From NCBI GenBank assembly GCA_017499595.2, contig CM039009.1, positions 372,001-436,000 of the forward strand: DNA of 64,000 nucleotides, in the 5' to 3' direction. This DNA is from Psilocybe cubensis (lineage: Eukaryota). The position numbers and the translations under genes were made by a program. Shown in pieces: positions 1 through 15,108 of the stretch. The first letter of the stretch is position 1. Every line of letters starts with the position of its first letter. Below the pieces are notes generated by a model. That model saw nothing but the letters and a program-made list of their open reading frames with translations. It made no database searches and was not told where the DNA came from.

Positions 1-478
1 ATGTCCCATAGAATAAGAAGTAGTTCGTACGATCATATCCTCATGAGCCGTCTCGATGGGTACGGAGTCCGAAACCATAGCGGAAGCCTATAAAACGCTT
101 TGATTAGCCACTCATACTGAGATTTTATGTAACTTACCATTTTGTTGAATGTATGTCGTTGCAGAATGTAAACCTTTGGACATTGTATTTCGTCGTCGTC
201 GACGTGGATGTGACATGTTACATGTTCATAACCACGTGATGTAGTCACAGTATCCACTAATTACCAATTGCAAAGGGCTAAAACCGCACTACAGTCAAGA
301 AAGACTGAAAACGAGACTTATAATATCAGTCAGACAACCAAGCGAGATGTGGATATTTGAGAGGTTTAATATGCGATGGGGAATATTATGAGATACAACA
401 TATATCTATACTCCAGCAATTATTTAAGTAATCCGAGATCCTTAGGCCATTTGTTAGTGTTGACGTCTAGCAAATTCT

Positions 479-3394
<2,916 letters not shown>

Positions 3395-4773
3395 CGTTGC
3401 AGTTCAGAACGAAGATGAGAATTGCAGGTAAGATAAATTTTGGACACGACAGTGGGGTAATTAGCCGGCATGTTATGTAAGCTACACGAGAGTCGCCGCG
3501 CTGCAACGAGCTCAGCGCGGTTGACCAAAGCTATGTGATATTTCCTCGATATTCCTCTCAAACGACCTCAAATCTCAATGGTTGACCAGAAATCATCAGT
3601 TTCAGGTTACTTGAGGCGAACAGCTAGTGATATAACACTGGTTTTGGTCAATATATCCTGACGATGAGGACTCGACAGCGTGTGGTACAGTGAAAACCTT
3701 CCCGAAAATCTCCAAGGTGCTTCTCTCGCCGCTTCTGAGAAAACTAGACAAAAAAGATGAAGCGCTTGACTATATGGTATGCTTCAGCACCCTGCACAAC
3801 CACTGCAAACCTGGGATTAGAGGGCCCCACGACTCATAACAGATATTCATCGAGATTGAATGTATGTCTCTGCCACCTGTGTTTTGACATCCGCGGCCCG
3901 CTCAACTTGTTCAACATAAAGATAACAGCGAGATAAAGGAATTTCCCCTGAGATCTTCGCTGATCTTCATCAATAACTCTGACAGATAACGATTGCCCTT
4001 TCTTATAACATGAAGGTTACCAAACTCCAAGGTTCTTCTTCAATCTGGCACAGTCCTATTAGACCGGCTCGAGAATGTCCCATCTTTTCATCTCTCGGTT
4101 TTTTTTCTCGCCTCCAAGAGATTTCGCTCTCTCTGTCTTTCATCCTCGAATCTCAAAATCTTCTCAGAAAAAATTTTGATCCCACCCTCCTCTCCCTTTT
4201 CTTTACCAGTGTTTGGTACAGCCATATCGGAACTCTCGTTTCGACTTTCCGCTTGGTTTCGACCCCAGCGCTCAGGCCTTTGGCGACCCAACTCCTTCTC
4301 AAATCAGTCCATTTTGGTCGCGTCTTCATCGCGTCAGACTATCCGGTCGATCACAGCCCTACGCACCTACGGAAATTCGTGTCAACACGAATATTCGGTC
4401 TTTTCTTTTAAAATTCTCATATTATTCGATCTCATCTACATTTTCATCTTATATCTCACAGGAAATCATTCGAGCGATATTAGCTTATCCCCTATGGTTG
4501 CTCCTTCAGAAATTGTGAAAGCAATGAAAAGCTTTGAGCTTCCCTGGCGCGTCGGGTTGTACAGTTGCAGCAGAATTATTTCCATGAGACAGCGGTAAAA
4601 ATCAGGGGCGCTCGCAACAAATATTGAAATAAGGGCTGTCAGTCTGAATGGCTTTCATCCTGGATCTCTGCTACATGCGCCACATTCTCCGACAATGGGT
4701 GAGGTACCTATTCGCAACGCAGAGCAAGAGTCCGCTGATATCATCCTGTCCATGCTCAACCAGTTAACCGACC

Positions 4774-5293
4774 ATGCCTAAGGATCTCATCCCAGATTCT
4801 AACAAGTTTCTGGTCGTCTTAACTTCCTCAACATTTCACAAGTACTCCACGAGTATAGAACGATTCCTCGGCGCGCTCAGCACCAATATTCCAGCGTCAA
4901 AACCGTGGAAGTGTGCATGCGCCTCTCGAATGCGCGAATCATCGACCTGCTTCCTCACCGGACCTCCTGGGTGTAGCAATTCTGGATGCGTAGAATCTGT
5001 ATTTCCTTGCTAAGATTGTTGAATACTCGAAAGGGGGAGGCACACTCGTGTTTGGGTTCGGGTTTGCGCATCTCGTATCAATCACGCAGCTCCGTGAGCT
5101 CTTCCGTGATAACTGGGATTTGGACTGGGAGTTTTCAATCATGTATCATGATGCGCTCGTGGAGAAAATTTTTGGGAACTCTCTGGCCGGTCGATTTCGC
5201 GAACGTGACAAAGGCATACTTCAAGAGCTACAGGAGTTAATGTTGTTACTGAACCAAGAAATCTCAGTTATGCCTTCAAAATCTGAGCATTGA
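4774..5293 (+). pseudogene. Probable degraded copy of a conserved fungal hypothetical protein
   Basis: Peptide blocks in different frames (LSNARIIDLL / PDLLGVAILDA*NLYFLAKIVEYSKGGGTLVFGFGF...FRDNWDLDW) join only with frameshifts and an in-frame stop. Family resemblance is from memory only. Confidence 0.4.
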
Positions 5294-7077
5294 AACTCGA
5301 CTGCTGGAAATGAAAGGCCGTATATATTTCAAAATCCCTGCAGGTTGCCCACTCCTGCCACAGTATATCAGACCACTGATCCTACTAGTCAGGGCCATGA
5401 TATCCTGTTGCTCCGCATCGTCTGTTTTAAAACCCAGCGACAATTCATATGTCAGTAGTATGTGATATTTCTCCTCGATATACCTCTAATGTGTTGCAAA
5501 AACCTTCCTAACAATCTTTCTTGATCTAGAGGTTTCTGGCCGTCAAATTCAATGACCGCATCGATCAAAATGCTCACTGCATGGGACACTACTTACTGGA
5601 GAGCTACTGCTAATGATTTCTTTCTTCAACGTCTGATTGGGAGGGCACTGGTATCACCGCTAAGTCTGGGTCAATATCTTACTGTCATCACTTGATATCT
5701 TCAGTCATTCTTGACTTGTTCTCCAACTCGTGCAACACCGCCTTTGGTCTCTCTATAGGCACCCACGCTACTTTTCCCTACGAGCAAGACAGGATCTCAC
5801 AGTGTGTTCGTGGTTCCTAAACTGGCGCAAAAGAATGGACATCAACCGTACTTTGTTCAACAATCAGACTCAGTTACAATTAAACCTTCCCGACATTTTT
5901 GCCGCTTCCACTCCAGAAATGCGTATATCATGATGTCCATGTCTGCACGACTATGATATATTGCCACGTTGTGTACCAAGCGGTCAAAATTGCCGAGGTC
6001 AATGAAAAACTCTCTGTATGGAACGACATAGCCAATGATTTTTTACTCAGACACTGGCAGTGGAACACGCTGTATCTTTCCCCTAAAATCACTGCTTTCC
6101 TAGTCGGTTTCTGGATCAGGATCTGCTCCGGCGCTATGTCTGTGTTGGGACAGACATCATTTGATTTCTTCAGTCATTTTTGACTTGTACTCCAACACAT
6201 ATAATCTGTCTGTCTGCAGAAAGCCACGCGCTTCAGTAACTATGTCATCAATACCAGTGGGCATTCGGGAACTTATGGGAGCGGGAATCAGCAAACATCG
6301 CATGGTGAGGAATGCTTAAATTGCGGAAATCTGCCACATTTACGACGTTTCTGACAAGTGAAGGATCAATTCCTCATAGTCCTCTGTTTCATGCACATGA
6401 CATCTCTGTTACTGTTCGAGTCGGATTTGCTTTTCTATCGTGGAATGCAATTATAAAGGTGCAAAATTTACATCTACTCTCTTAAGCTGTCATTCGTGTG
6501 TCTCAATTTGAATATGATAGATTTTACAACACTGAAATTGAAGTCGAAATAACCGTTATCTGATTTTTCGACCCTTCTAAACATAGCCTGTTAAATGAAT
6601 GATGATCAAAAGGTGCATGTACAGTCTGTGGAAAATAATTATTCCACGAGGCAGCGTAAACCCATGCACCGAGGTCAAGAGTCTCATTCGGCGGTCGATT
6701 TTACCATGGTATTTTGCCAAAAACAATTCAATTCCAAAAATTACTTACGAAGAAGAAACCAAAAGTTGTCTAACGGTTTAGCTCGGTGCTCAATGGCTGC
6801 CAAATTTAACTTATAGTTTCATCGGGAGAAGACAATATACGGGTTGCATTCACTGTATTCAATTTGATCTGTTATAATCGTGTCGTGAAGGCTGAAAATA
6901 TACTCAGACGACAGAGAACTTGTTGAATAGAAGAATGAATTTGATCACGTTCTTTGGAGCCAGTTGGCCTATCGTGCTGAGAAGGACGAATATAAAACCA
7001 CATCCTGCCCAAGTTGGGGTTCTGCATCTGCTCTTAGCTGGGTCATCAACCGTCACTGCATTCGTCTGGAATAAGCC

Positions 7078-8406
7078 ATGCCACCCCCACCCTCGCCCAT
7101 TATATTCGCCCCTAACTTTCTAGAAGCTTATAGGGCGTCCATAGGGACCGATTTTATTGTAGGGGCACTGAGTGTAAGTCATTGACTACATGTCATGTAT
7201 TGGTTAAAACATAAAGTTATGAATTCTAGGTTTTCATCTGGGATGTTCTCTACAACCTTTGGGCAGACTATCAAATTATCCGCCTGCATGGTATTAACTT
7301 CCCTACCATGGTTTATTTTCTCTCTAGGTATGTAATTGGCTAAAGTTATGACAGATGTTGTAAACTCACCTATCAATATCATTGGCAGGGTGTCAACACT
7401 TGGATTCACATTAATGGGAGCCATTGTTATATGTGAGTTCTTGGAAAGTTTATACAGTTGTAGTGGGCTACGGTTGAAAATTTATTGTATCAGCCATGCC
7501 GGTAAAGGATTGTCACAGCTTCCAGCAAGGAATTCTGGCGCTTTACGTGATCCTCATCTCAAGTACAATGTTGCTCTCATACTTCAGAGTCTGCGCTGTT
7601 TGGGCTAAGAACTACTATATCATTGGCATTTACCTCCTCCTATGGCTTACCGGCGTCGCTGGCTCGCTCACGGTATTTAGCGGCCTGCCATTCACGCACT
7701 TGGAAGGATCCCCATATTGCCTCGAATTTGTCCTGCACGGCTTCGTAGCAGCAGCCGTTTTTGCACCCACGATTAACCATGTCCTCGTATTCTTTGCGAT
7801 AGCATACGGAGTCTGCAAAGCACATATACTTGCGACCCACCAAAAACTATCAATTAGCTCGAGCTACCGGGTATTTTTCTTCGGGGACTCCCTACCCGCA
7901 TTCTCAAAAACAATGTTGCAGGCGAGCCAACTGTGCTATCTGTATGTTTCCACTCTAATATCCTCGACACTAATCTGATGTTGACCTAAATGTGGTTGAT
8001 AAGAGTTGCTGTTCTTTCCGGAACAACGGCAGTGATATGGTTCTATGTATACGCCTCCGACCCTAATTATCGACTTGCAATATTTGTCCCTTACGCTGTG
8101 ATAGTAAACATTATGTTCAGCTGGGTCTTCCGCTCTGCCAAGCTTACATCTGGTACGATGCCCAACGGCGTGCCATCTCCAGCTGTAAACCCATATCCGA
8201 CCGCAATGCAAACACGACGCAACGAGTTTGAAATGACGCGAACGGACAACAGTGAAGGATTGAGTAGATACCCTAGCTTGCCGATACAGATAGAAGTAAA
8301 CAGAGTGGTTGATCTGAAGGGAGATATGACACCTGATGGGCACAGTGAAAGGAAACCAACGGGGACAGTAGACTACATAAAGTTTGGCACTGGTAGTGTA
8401 GAATAG
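7078..8406 (+). CDS. Agaricomycete multi-pass membrane protein (DUF6533-like N-terminus), paralog 1
   Basis: Spliced reading MPPPPSPIIF...IVGALS|VFIWDVLYNLWADYQ...VYFLSR|..., several hydrophobic segments, LLSYFRVCAVW, FFGDSLPAFSKTMLQASQLCY, IVNIMFSWVFR, polar C-tail. GT-AG introns. Confidence 0.8.
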
Positions 8407-10282
8407 GCAAGGGAATGGTGGACAATTAATGATTAGACGGAGTCCCTTTGTCCGTGAACGTATATCGTTAACAATACGAATATTTGAATATATAGTTTAT
8501 GTCAATCTTGTGGCATCACCGAAATAGCATTTTTGATGGCGTCTACTTATTTTTACTTATTCTTGCACACTGGCACTCGACCTCGTGCACAGTCATAGCC
8601 GATACCTGGGACCACCATGATCACTGCATCGGTCCGACATAAGTCACATCAGTACACTGGAAATAGTCGCTTCTTCCCTCGAGGGGCTCTCGAGCTTTGG
8701 CAACTGAAGTTGACGTCTAGCGTGATGTAACCACTCACGTCAAATGTGGTCCAACTTGTCCCAAACCCTCGAGATCTCCAGGTCAAAGACGCTGTTTTTG
8801 TCAGCTCGATTTTTTGTCTAGCAAAATCGTTGTCCAACTTAAACGATCGTGAGTTTTATCGCAGCACATATGGGATTCTCGTAGATTTGTAGCCATGAGC
8901 TTAACCGCCCACCAAAATTAGTGCGTGGGTTTGATCTTTGATATCCTGATACTCCAGCTTCACGATCAGGAGGTCGGAGGATCATATTTTGATTCAAAAG
9001 TATATATTTGCACGAACACGGCTAGAGGATGCTCAATAAAGCAGTCGTGGGGCCATCAATGCTAACAGAGATGCTAACTTGAAGTATCACTTCTTCAAAT
9101 AGATATGTAAGTAACATTACTTGTCTTTGAAGGAGGAGTCGTTAATATTCAGGCTGTTGATAGTCCAATGGACCTAATAAATTCAATATACACCCATGAT
9201 TGGTTGCTGCATAGTTGCTATGATTTTCCAGAACGAATTGTTCACTTGATGCTCACTGTGAAATATCAACTTTTTTGAGGCGAATATCGTTCGTAACCAT
9301 AGTTCATGGGCAAATGCCGTCAGTAAGTATGTGATGAGATTCAAATTTGATGGGAGCTATTTGAGGCCAAGAAGTATATAATATGCTTAACACTCGGAAG
9401 GTGCTGTCCCGTTTCAGCCTGCTCAGGTGTCCGCTTGCTTTCCCTCGCCAGCTCCAACTTATGACGAGCATTGCACAAAATGCATCGTACCCTTTGGCAA
9501 CTGCATTCATACCCGATGCTCAAAAAGCGTTCAGGCTGTCTATAGCGACATACTTCGCAGTTGGGAGTCTGAGTGTATGGGCCTGGTCTAATGCCCGCAT
9601 TTTAGCTGCTGAACTCTGCGCAACAGGTGTTTATTTGGGATATTTTATTTAACATTGGACAGGATTATCGACTATTCAAGCGACACGGAATCAATGTACC
9701 TTTTATGGTGTACTTTGTCTCCAGGTATGATTGATTTTCTGACCCTGTTTCATTTCTAATTTTTGGATAGATGTTCTGCACTGGTCTTCACCCTTGTGGA
9801 AATAATTATGTTGAGTAAGAGTAGCGCCTACGAAAAGACCCAAGATATGCTGCTTATACCCACTTTCCAGCGCGTCCAATTGCAAACTGTGGTGCGGCGC
9901 AAGTAGGAATCTTAGTGACATACAATATCTTCATTGCGACAACGCTGCTGCTTTCGTTTTTCCGAGTGTCTGCGACATGGAAAAGCTCAAAAATGATAAC
10001 GGGAGTATTCGGGGTGCTGTGGCTTGTGGCAGTTGGGATGAGTCTGACGACGATAGGAAGCTTGACGGCAATTCGTTTCCCACCTTCATCGCCTTTCTGT
10101 ACGGAGATGGTGACCAGGGAATATTTTACTGTGGCGGTTTATGGGCCCACATTTAACCACCTCTTCGTCTTCGCGGCTATTACATACCGTCTGGGCAAGC
10201 CATCACATCCAAAGGAGAGAAAACTAACGTTAAAGGGTGGCTACCAAGTATATGTCCTTGGAGAAACGCTTCCCGTTTTCTC

Positions 10283-11060
10283 CAAGGGGGTGCCGGGGTT
10301 CAAAAAAAAAACACGACCTCATATTTTTTATTTCGAGGTAATTTGGGCAACCTACCTACCTCGTGACCATTACATAACGATCAAATCGCCTAAAATGGGA
10401 ATTGCCAAGGGCCAAGACATTGAAAAGTTTGGGTTCTGGGGTTACAGAGGGAGGCGGCTGGCTCGGAACATTGTCGGTTGTTGTAGTCTCGCAAAGTGGA
10501 GTGTCTTTGGGTAGGATTACGGGAAGAGCTGTTGTAGTAGGTACACGGACTAATGCTAGTCCTCGTTTCATAAAAAAACCTTTGAGTGACAAGTCCTTCA
10601 ACTTGGGCTTTGTGGATAGCTTTGCTGCTGCGGCTTTACATTTGGCTGTTCCTCGATGGCGTAGATTTAGGTTCTTTGATCCTCCGGGACCACACTTAAT
10701 AGCCTTTTGGCAGTCAGGGCAGATTGCGTACCCATCAGCCAGATTGAGCAGTCGTCCAGATGGTAAATCAATGATCTCAGTCAAAATCAGGTCAAATATC
10801 TGTGTTGCTTGAAGCCCGGCCACCTATCATGAAGATTTTAACCTGAATTTCAACGAGATTGGTATTGTGTTTGTTTAAAAAACATAATTTGTCTATGAAA
10901 TACAGTCCAAAATGCTCTAAACTTGATCACAGACAACTTTGGACCGTGAAATTCCTCAGAAATTAGACACAAAAAATATGGTACATTTTTTTTTTCGGGG
11001 CTGATCGGCCAACCTACCTACCTAGGTGGTGTCCGAATTTTGAACACCGGCACCCCCTTG
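10283..11060. mobile_element. Non-autonomous TIR DNA transposon (778 bp) with 8-bp TSD
   Basis: TIR CAAGGGGGTGCCGG(G/T)GTTCAAAA at both ends (1 mismatch in 23). Perfect TSD GTTTTCTC at 10275-10282 and 11061-11068. Subterminal direct repeat CAACCTACCTACCT at 10348-10361 and 11010-11023. Confidence 0.92.
10356..10823 (-). CDS. Truncated zinc-finger ORF inside the transposon, probably a transposase N-terminal remnant
   Basis: CPDC-x17-H-x5-C (CPDCQKAIKCGPGGSKNLNLRHRGTAKC) followed by a basic SLKGFFMK segment. No DDE core, consistent with an internal deletion. Confidence 0.55.
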   Translation of the reverse strand: MAGLQATQIFDLILTEIIDLPSGRLLNLADGYAICPDCQKAIKCGPGGSKNLNLRHRGTAKCKAAAAKLSTKPKLKDLSLKGFFMKRGLALVRVPTTTALPVILPKDTPLCETTTTDNVPSQPPPSVTPEPKLFNVLALGNSHFRRFDRYVMVTR

Positions 11061-11597
11061 GTTTTCTCGAGAACGATGCTGCAGACGAGCCAGATTTGTT
11101 ACATGTTGAGTTGATCCGTATCTATTTTTAGATTATCATGCTAATTATAGTCCAGAGTCGCAATGTCCTCCGGGCTGGTTGCAATAGCGTGGTTCTATGC
11201 TTATTCCTCAGACGCGGGATATCGACTTGCGATATTTGTTCCTTACTCCGTGACAGTCAATATAATGTTCAGCTGGGTTTTTAGGACATCAGGAATTGGG
11301 GGATCACACGGTGCCACTTTACCAACAGCGATGGCCAATCACCCACAACCGCAAACAATCGAGTCGATCGTTATGAAGCGTACCCATATCGGAGCATCGA
11401 CGGATGTAGAGCGACCCGAGAGTACATACAGCAAGTCCTCACAGGATATAATTGAGGTGGAGATCAAACAAGTAGTAGAGTCGGTGCACGATCAGCTTAG
11501 TGCATCGGCATATAAGGCTAGTCACTTATCCATGTCTTGATACCTTACGCACATGTCTGGAACATTTATGAATTGACATTTTTTTAATCTCTTCTAT

Positions 11598-12734
11598 GTG
11601 ATCGCGTCAAGAAGAGAAAAATCCATGAAGTACGAAGCAATCAGCAAAGCCGACATATGAGTATACACAGACGGGTCGGGCCCTATCGGGCCACGAAGGT
11701 AGTATACTAAGAACAAGACGCGATCTACATAGAAATGTATTGAGGAAATACCTCGGTACCAAGGAAGAGTATATTAGATACGAAGCAGAGACGGTAGGAG
11801 GCCTGCTGGCCTCCGAGCTCATACAAAAGGAAGCACCCACGATCCATATAACATCATTGATGTTTTCAGCGGCAATAAATCTCTGTTACGGAAGTTAAAA
11901 CGACCCAGAGCCAAGACCGGGCAGCACTTTATAAGGAGCATTGTCATGGCATTCAGAAATCTACAGGGAAAAATCACATTCCATTAGATTTCTGGTCACT
12001 CGAACGTCTTGGGAAAGGAAAGGGTTGATAATGAAGAAGCAAAAAGAGCAGCCGAAGGCGATGGCTCACTACTAACCGAGTTACTTGAATCTAAAACAAA
12101 GCGCATCTGCAGAAAAACAATTATACCATGCCAAACTACTGGAAGTATGGCGCAAGCGGTGGAACACCTCACACATCAGTAAGATCGATGCCGAACAAGA
12201 CAAAGATTGCCCTAAATGTTGGGAAAGAAGAGACGGCACATAAGCAGAAGAAACGGTTGAATACTTCAGTTTCAAATACCAAGGCCACCGACTACGTCGA
12301 CAACAACTATGGAACGAATTAGGCGAGCAATGTCACAGTCTAGAAGACGGTTGACCACAAAACACAACCACGCCAAAGCACTACTCAAATTTATCGCGAA
12401 AACCAAATGACTGAAGACTTACAAAGAAGACCTACTACGACAAGAATTAGAAGAAGAGAATTGAGAGAAAGGAAGGCGGATCCAACTCACGACAGACAGA
12501 AGTGTCGTAGTATGAACAACGTGCGCAGGGAGGAAACCTGCCTAGAGAACTGGCGTTGTAGGCATAAACAGTCTAGGACAGCTGGACCTTGAGGGGTACG
12601 TGAGGGCCCCCGTGGTGCAGATCCGAATCAATGAAGGTGCAGATTGTCACCCGGACAAGTAGGTAGCTAGATAGTACCAAGCGGAGGGAGGGGCCCACCC
12701 CTTAGAGGCTACAACACAAAAAAAAAACAAAAAA
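11598..12734 (+). mobile_element. 5'-truncated, degenerate Tad1-like LINE (RNase H, C-terminal Cys/His region, 3' UTR, A-rich tail)
   Basis: RNase H motifs VYTDGSG, YEAETVGGLLA and FH*ISGHSNVLGKERVD..AKRAA. Degenerate knuckle CPKC...EETVEY and terminal ALLKFIAKT. Tail ACAACACAAAAAAAAAACAAAAAAAA near 12711-12736. Candidate TSD AAT(C/T)TCTTCTAT at 11586-11597 and 12735-12746. In-frame stops present. Confidence 0.85.
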
Positions 12735-12887
12735 AATTTCTTCTATAGAGTCATTTGGATACGGTTTCTATTCAGGTACTGGAATTCGGAGATGTAGGGA
12801 CTAGACGAACTATTAATTTTGTGCTAGACAGCGCGTTTCATTCTTCATTCCGTCAAAAACCCATACCAAAACCATTGCGAAATCAGG

Positions 12888-13902
12888 TTAGACTAGTAGG
12901 ATCCCTCCTTCTATGTCTATCCGTTGACCCGTGATATATCCACATCTACTCGAAGGATTAGCTTAATTTTGATGACCAAAAAAAATCTTACTTCATTAAA
13001 AACAAATATGCCTCTGCGATCTAAAACACATCCAGTTGTTGGCGCCTGTTTAAAAACGACACGGAACGTACCTCGCTAGGCTCCCCTACCCTTTTAAGGG
13101 GAATCTTTTCACCATAAGCTTTGAGCACCGTATCCTTATTTTCACCCATTAGCTTGTCCATAATCTGAAATACAGTTACTCAGAATTGTTAATCAAGCAT
13201 GATAGCAGGACGAACCTCAGTGATAATCTAAACCAAAATTATACTAAGTCCTTGTTTTAGATAGAGGTTGAAGTAAGCACTCACCAGTCCAGGACTAATC
13301 AGATTAACACGGACGGGGGCCAGGTCCACCGCCAATCCCCTAGTAAGCCCATCCAAGCCAGTGATCATTCCAGCCATCAGGTGTGAGCCTGGCATGGGCC
13401 GCAAACCATTGGTCCCAGAAGTTAAAGTTAACGACCCTCCCGGGTGGAATTTGGCATGTTTTGCAAGAACAATGGGACCCCAGAACCGAACAGTAAACGC
13501 GGCTAAGTGCTGTGGATTAACGAAGGAAAAATCACATTGTCCAGTGTTTCGAAGCTTACCTTGACCTTCATCAGGTGTTTCGACTTTTGAAAAGGGAAAT
13601 TCATTCAATCCTGACTTTGGCGGAATGTCTCCGCTAGTCCAGACGATGTGGTCGACAGTTCCGATGCGACCTGCAAACGCCTTGACCGCTTCTGAGTTCG
13701 TAGCATCGACGACATCTCCGTGCACTTCTCCAGGGAGATTGTGCGACTTTAAACGAGCGACGGCGTCATGCACACGAGCTTCATTGCTAGACGCAATGAT
13801 CACCGTCTTCGCAGACGACTGAAGAGACGCTAAGGCGACCGCAAATCCAATACCAGAAGAACCGCCAACTATTACGATTGTTTTGTTCTGGAGGGTTGCC
13901 AT
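12888..13902 (-). CDS. Short-chain dehydrogenase/reductase (atypical SDR)
   Basis: Rossmann motif IVGGSSGIG, DHIVWTSG, LTRGLAVDLAPVRVNLISPG, C-terminal GYITGQRIDIEGG*. Confidence 0.9.
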
Positions 13903-15108
13903 TTTATTTGGTTTCTAGTGGGTGCCGACACGACGCGCAAACAGATTTTGGTATGAATGACTCACTCTTCGGTTAGACAATGTCAGGTAGGAGAGTGTTA
14001 AAGGCATGACTCGTTATTGATATTTTTTGGTCCTTTTATCAGTAAAGAAAGCGTACATCATGTTACCTCCTGCTGTGTATTCCACATCCCTCGGGCGCCG
14101 AGACACTCCAGTAGTGCATAAAGCGTATACCATAATCAATGGCAGTTCCCGCCAAATCGGTGTTTAAGCAGCCGAGGAATCTGTCACGGAAATGAGTGGG
14201 GTCAGTAGGCTGGTATATTGTGGCGGAGAATGGGCAGCCTTTGCTTACCTTGCCTTCTCACAGTGATTCCAAAAGACATTCCTAAAAACCGCACATTAAA
14301 GCATTATCCATTTTTACCCCGCTCTCCTACTAGTAGTAGTAAAATGCTCTGCACGTTTGCCGTTGATAAGTTTGCGAAATCAAGTCGCCAACCTGGAAGG
14401 CCGCCGAGCGGGTTCGTGGATCGTCAACATATCAGTGGCAGACATATATTGTCAGTATCCGATTGGAAGACCTGTCGTATGAATAGGAGTCTCCGACATG
14501 ATATTTGTTATGGGTATTGATACTGCAAGACCGAGACCTCTAGCATGTTTGGGGTCTACAGTCGAAGGCTGTTAATGTTATGTGCGACAAACCCAAGAAT
14601 TCTTGCAACAGCCGTTACAGATTACAGGAATCACCAAGTTGGTTAACCATCGACTGTCCTCCTTGAGCCACGTCTGAAGGGATCACGCTAAATTCAAGTT
14701 TGGAATTGGTATCCCAAGATAGAAAATTTCTACTAGATGAACACCATTAGTTGAAATCTGCGCCGGAACTCTGTTGATGGTGAGCGAGGAATCACCCATC
14801 CCAAAAGTTCCCAAAGCCATACCTTGTCACCCGAAGCGTTGCTGACCACTCTCAACCCCAAATATTCCAAAAACTGACATATGCATTTCAAGCATGTTCT
14901 ACATACATTTCCTGGGATTCTAGCGCGTGGAAGAGTGGTGGTACAGATACAAAAAAGTGTCGCAGAGGGCCGTGCGTAGTTATTGACCATCGCAGCGCGA
15001 AAAAAACAAGGCTGATTGCGTCGTGATTGGCACATCGGCACATTCGGATTTTTACTTTATTACACAGTCAACAATGTTCTTGTCCATCGTCAGCTCCACC
15101 ATAAAACC

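Larger units (their letters stand above)
9461..11540 (+). pseudogene. Tandem paralog 2 of the membrane protein, interrupted by a DNA transposon
   Basis: Same exon structure as 7078-8406 (VFIWDILFN...VYFVSR, LLSFFRVSATW, YRLAIFVPY, VNIMFSWVFR). Removing 10283-11068 restores VLGETLPVFSRTMLQTSQICY, matching the paralog 1 sequence FFGDSLPAFSKTMLQASQLCY. Confidence 0.85.

Noticed and set aside
4010-4598. Overlapping 100-140 aa ORFs
   Set aside because: Low-complexity pyrimidine-rich sequence with no recognisable domain or consistent splice pattern.
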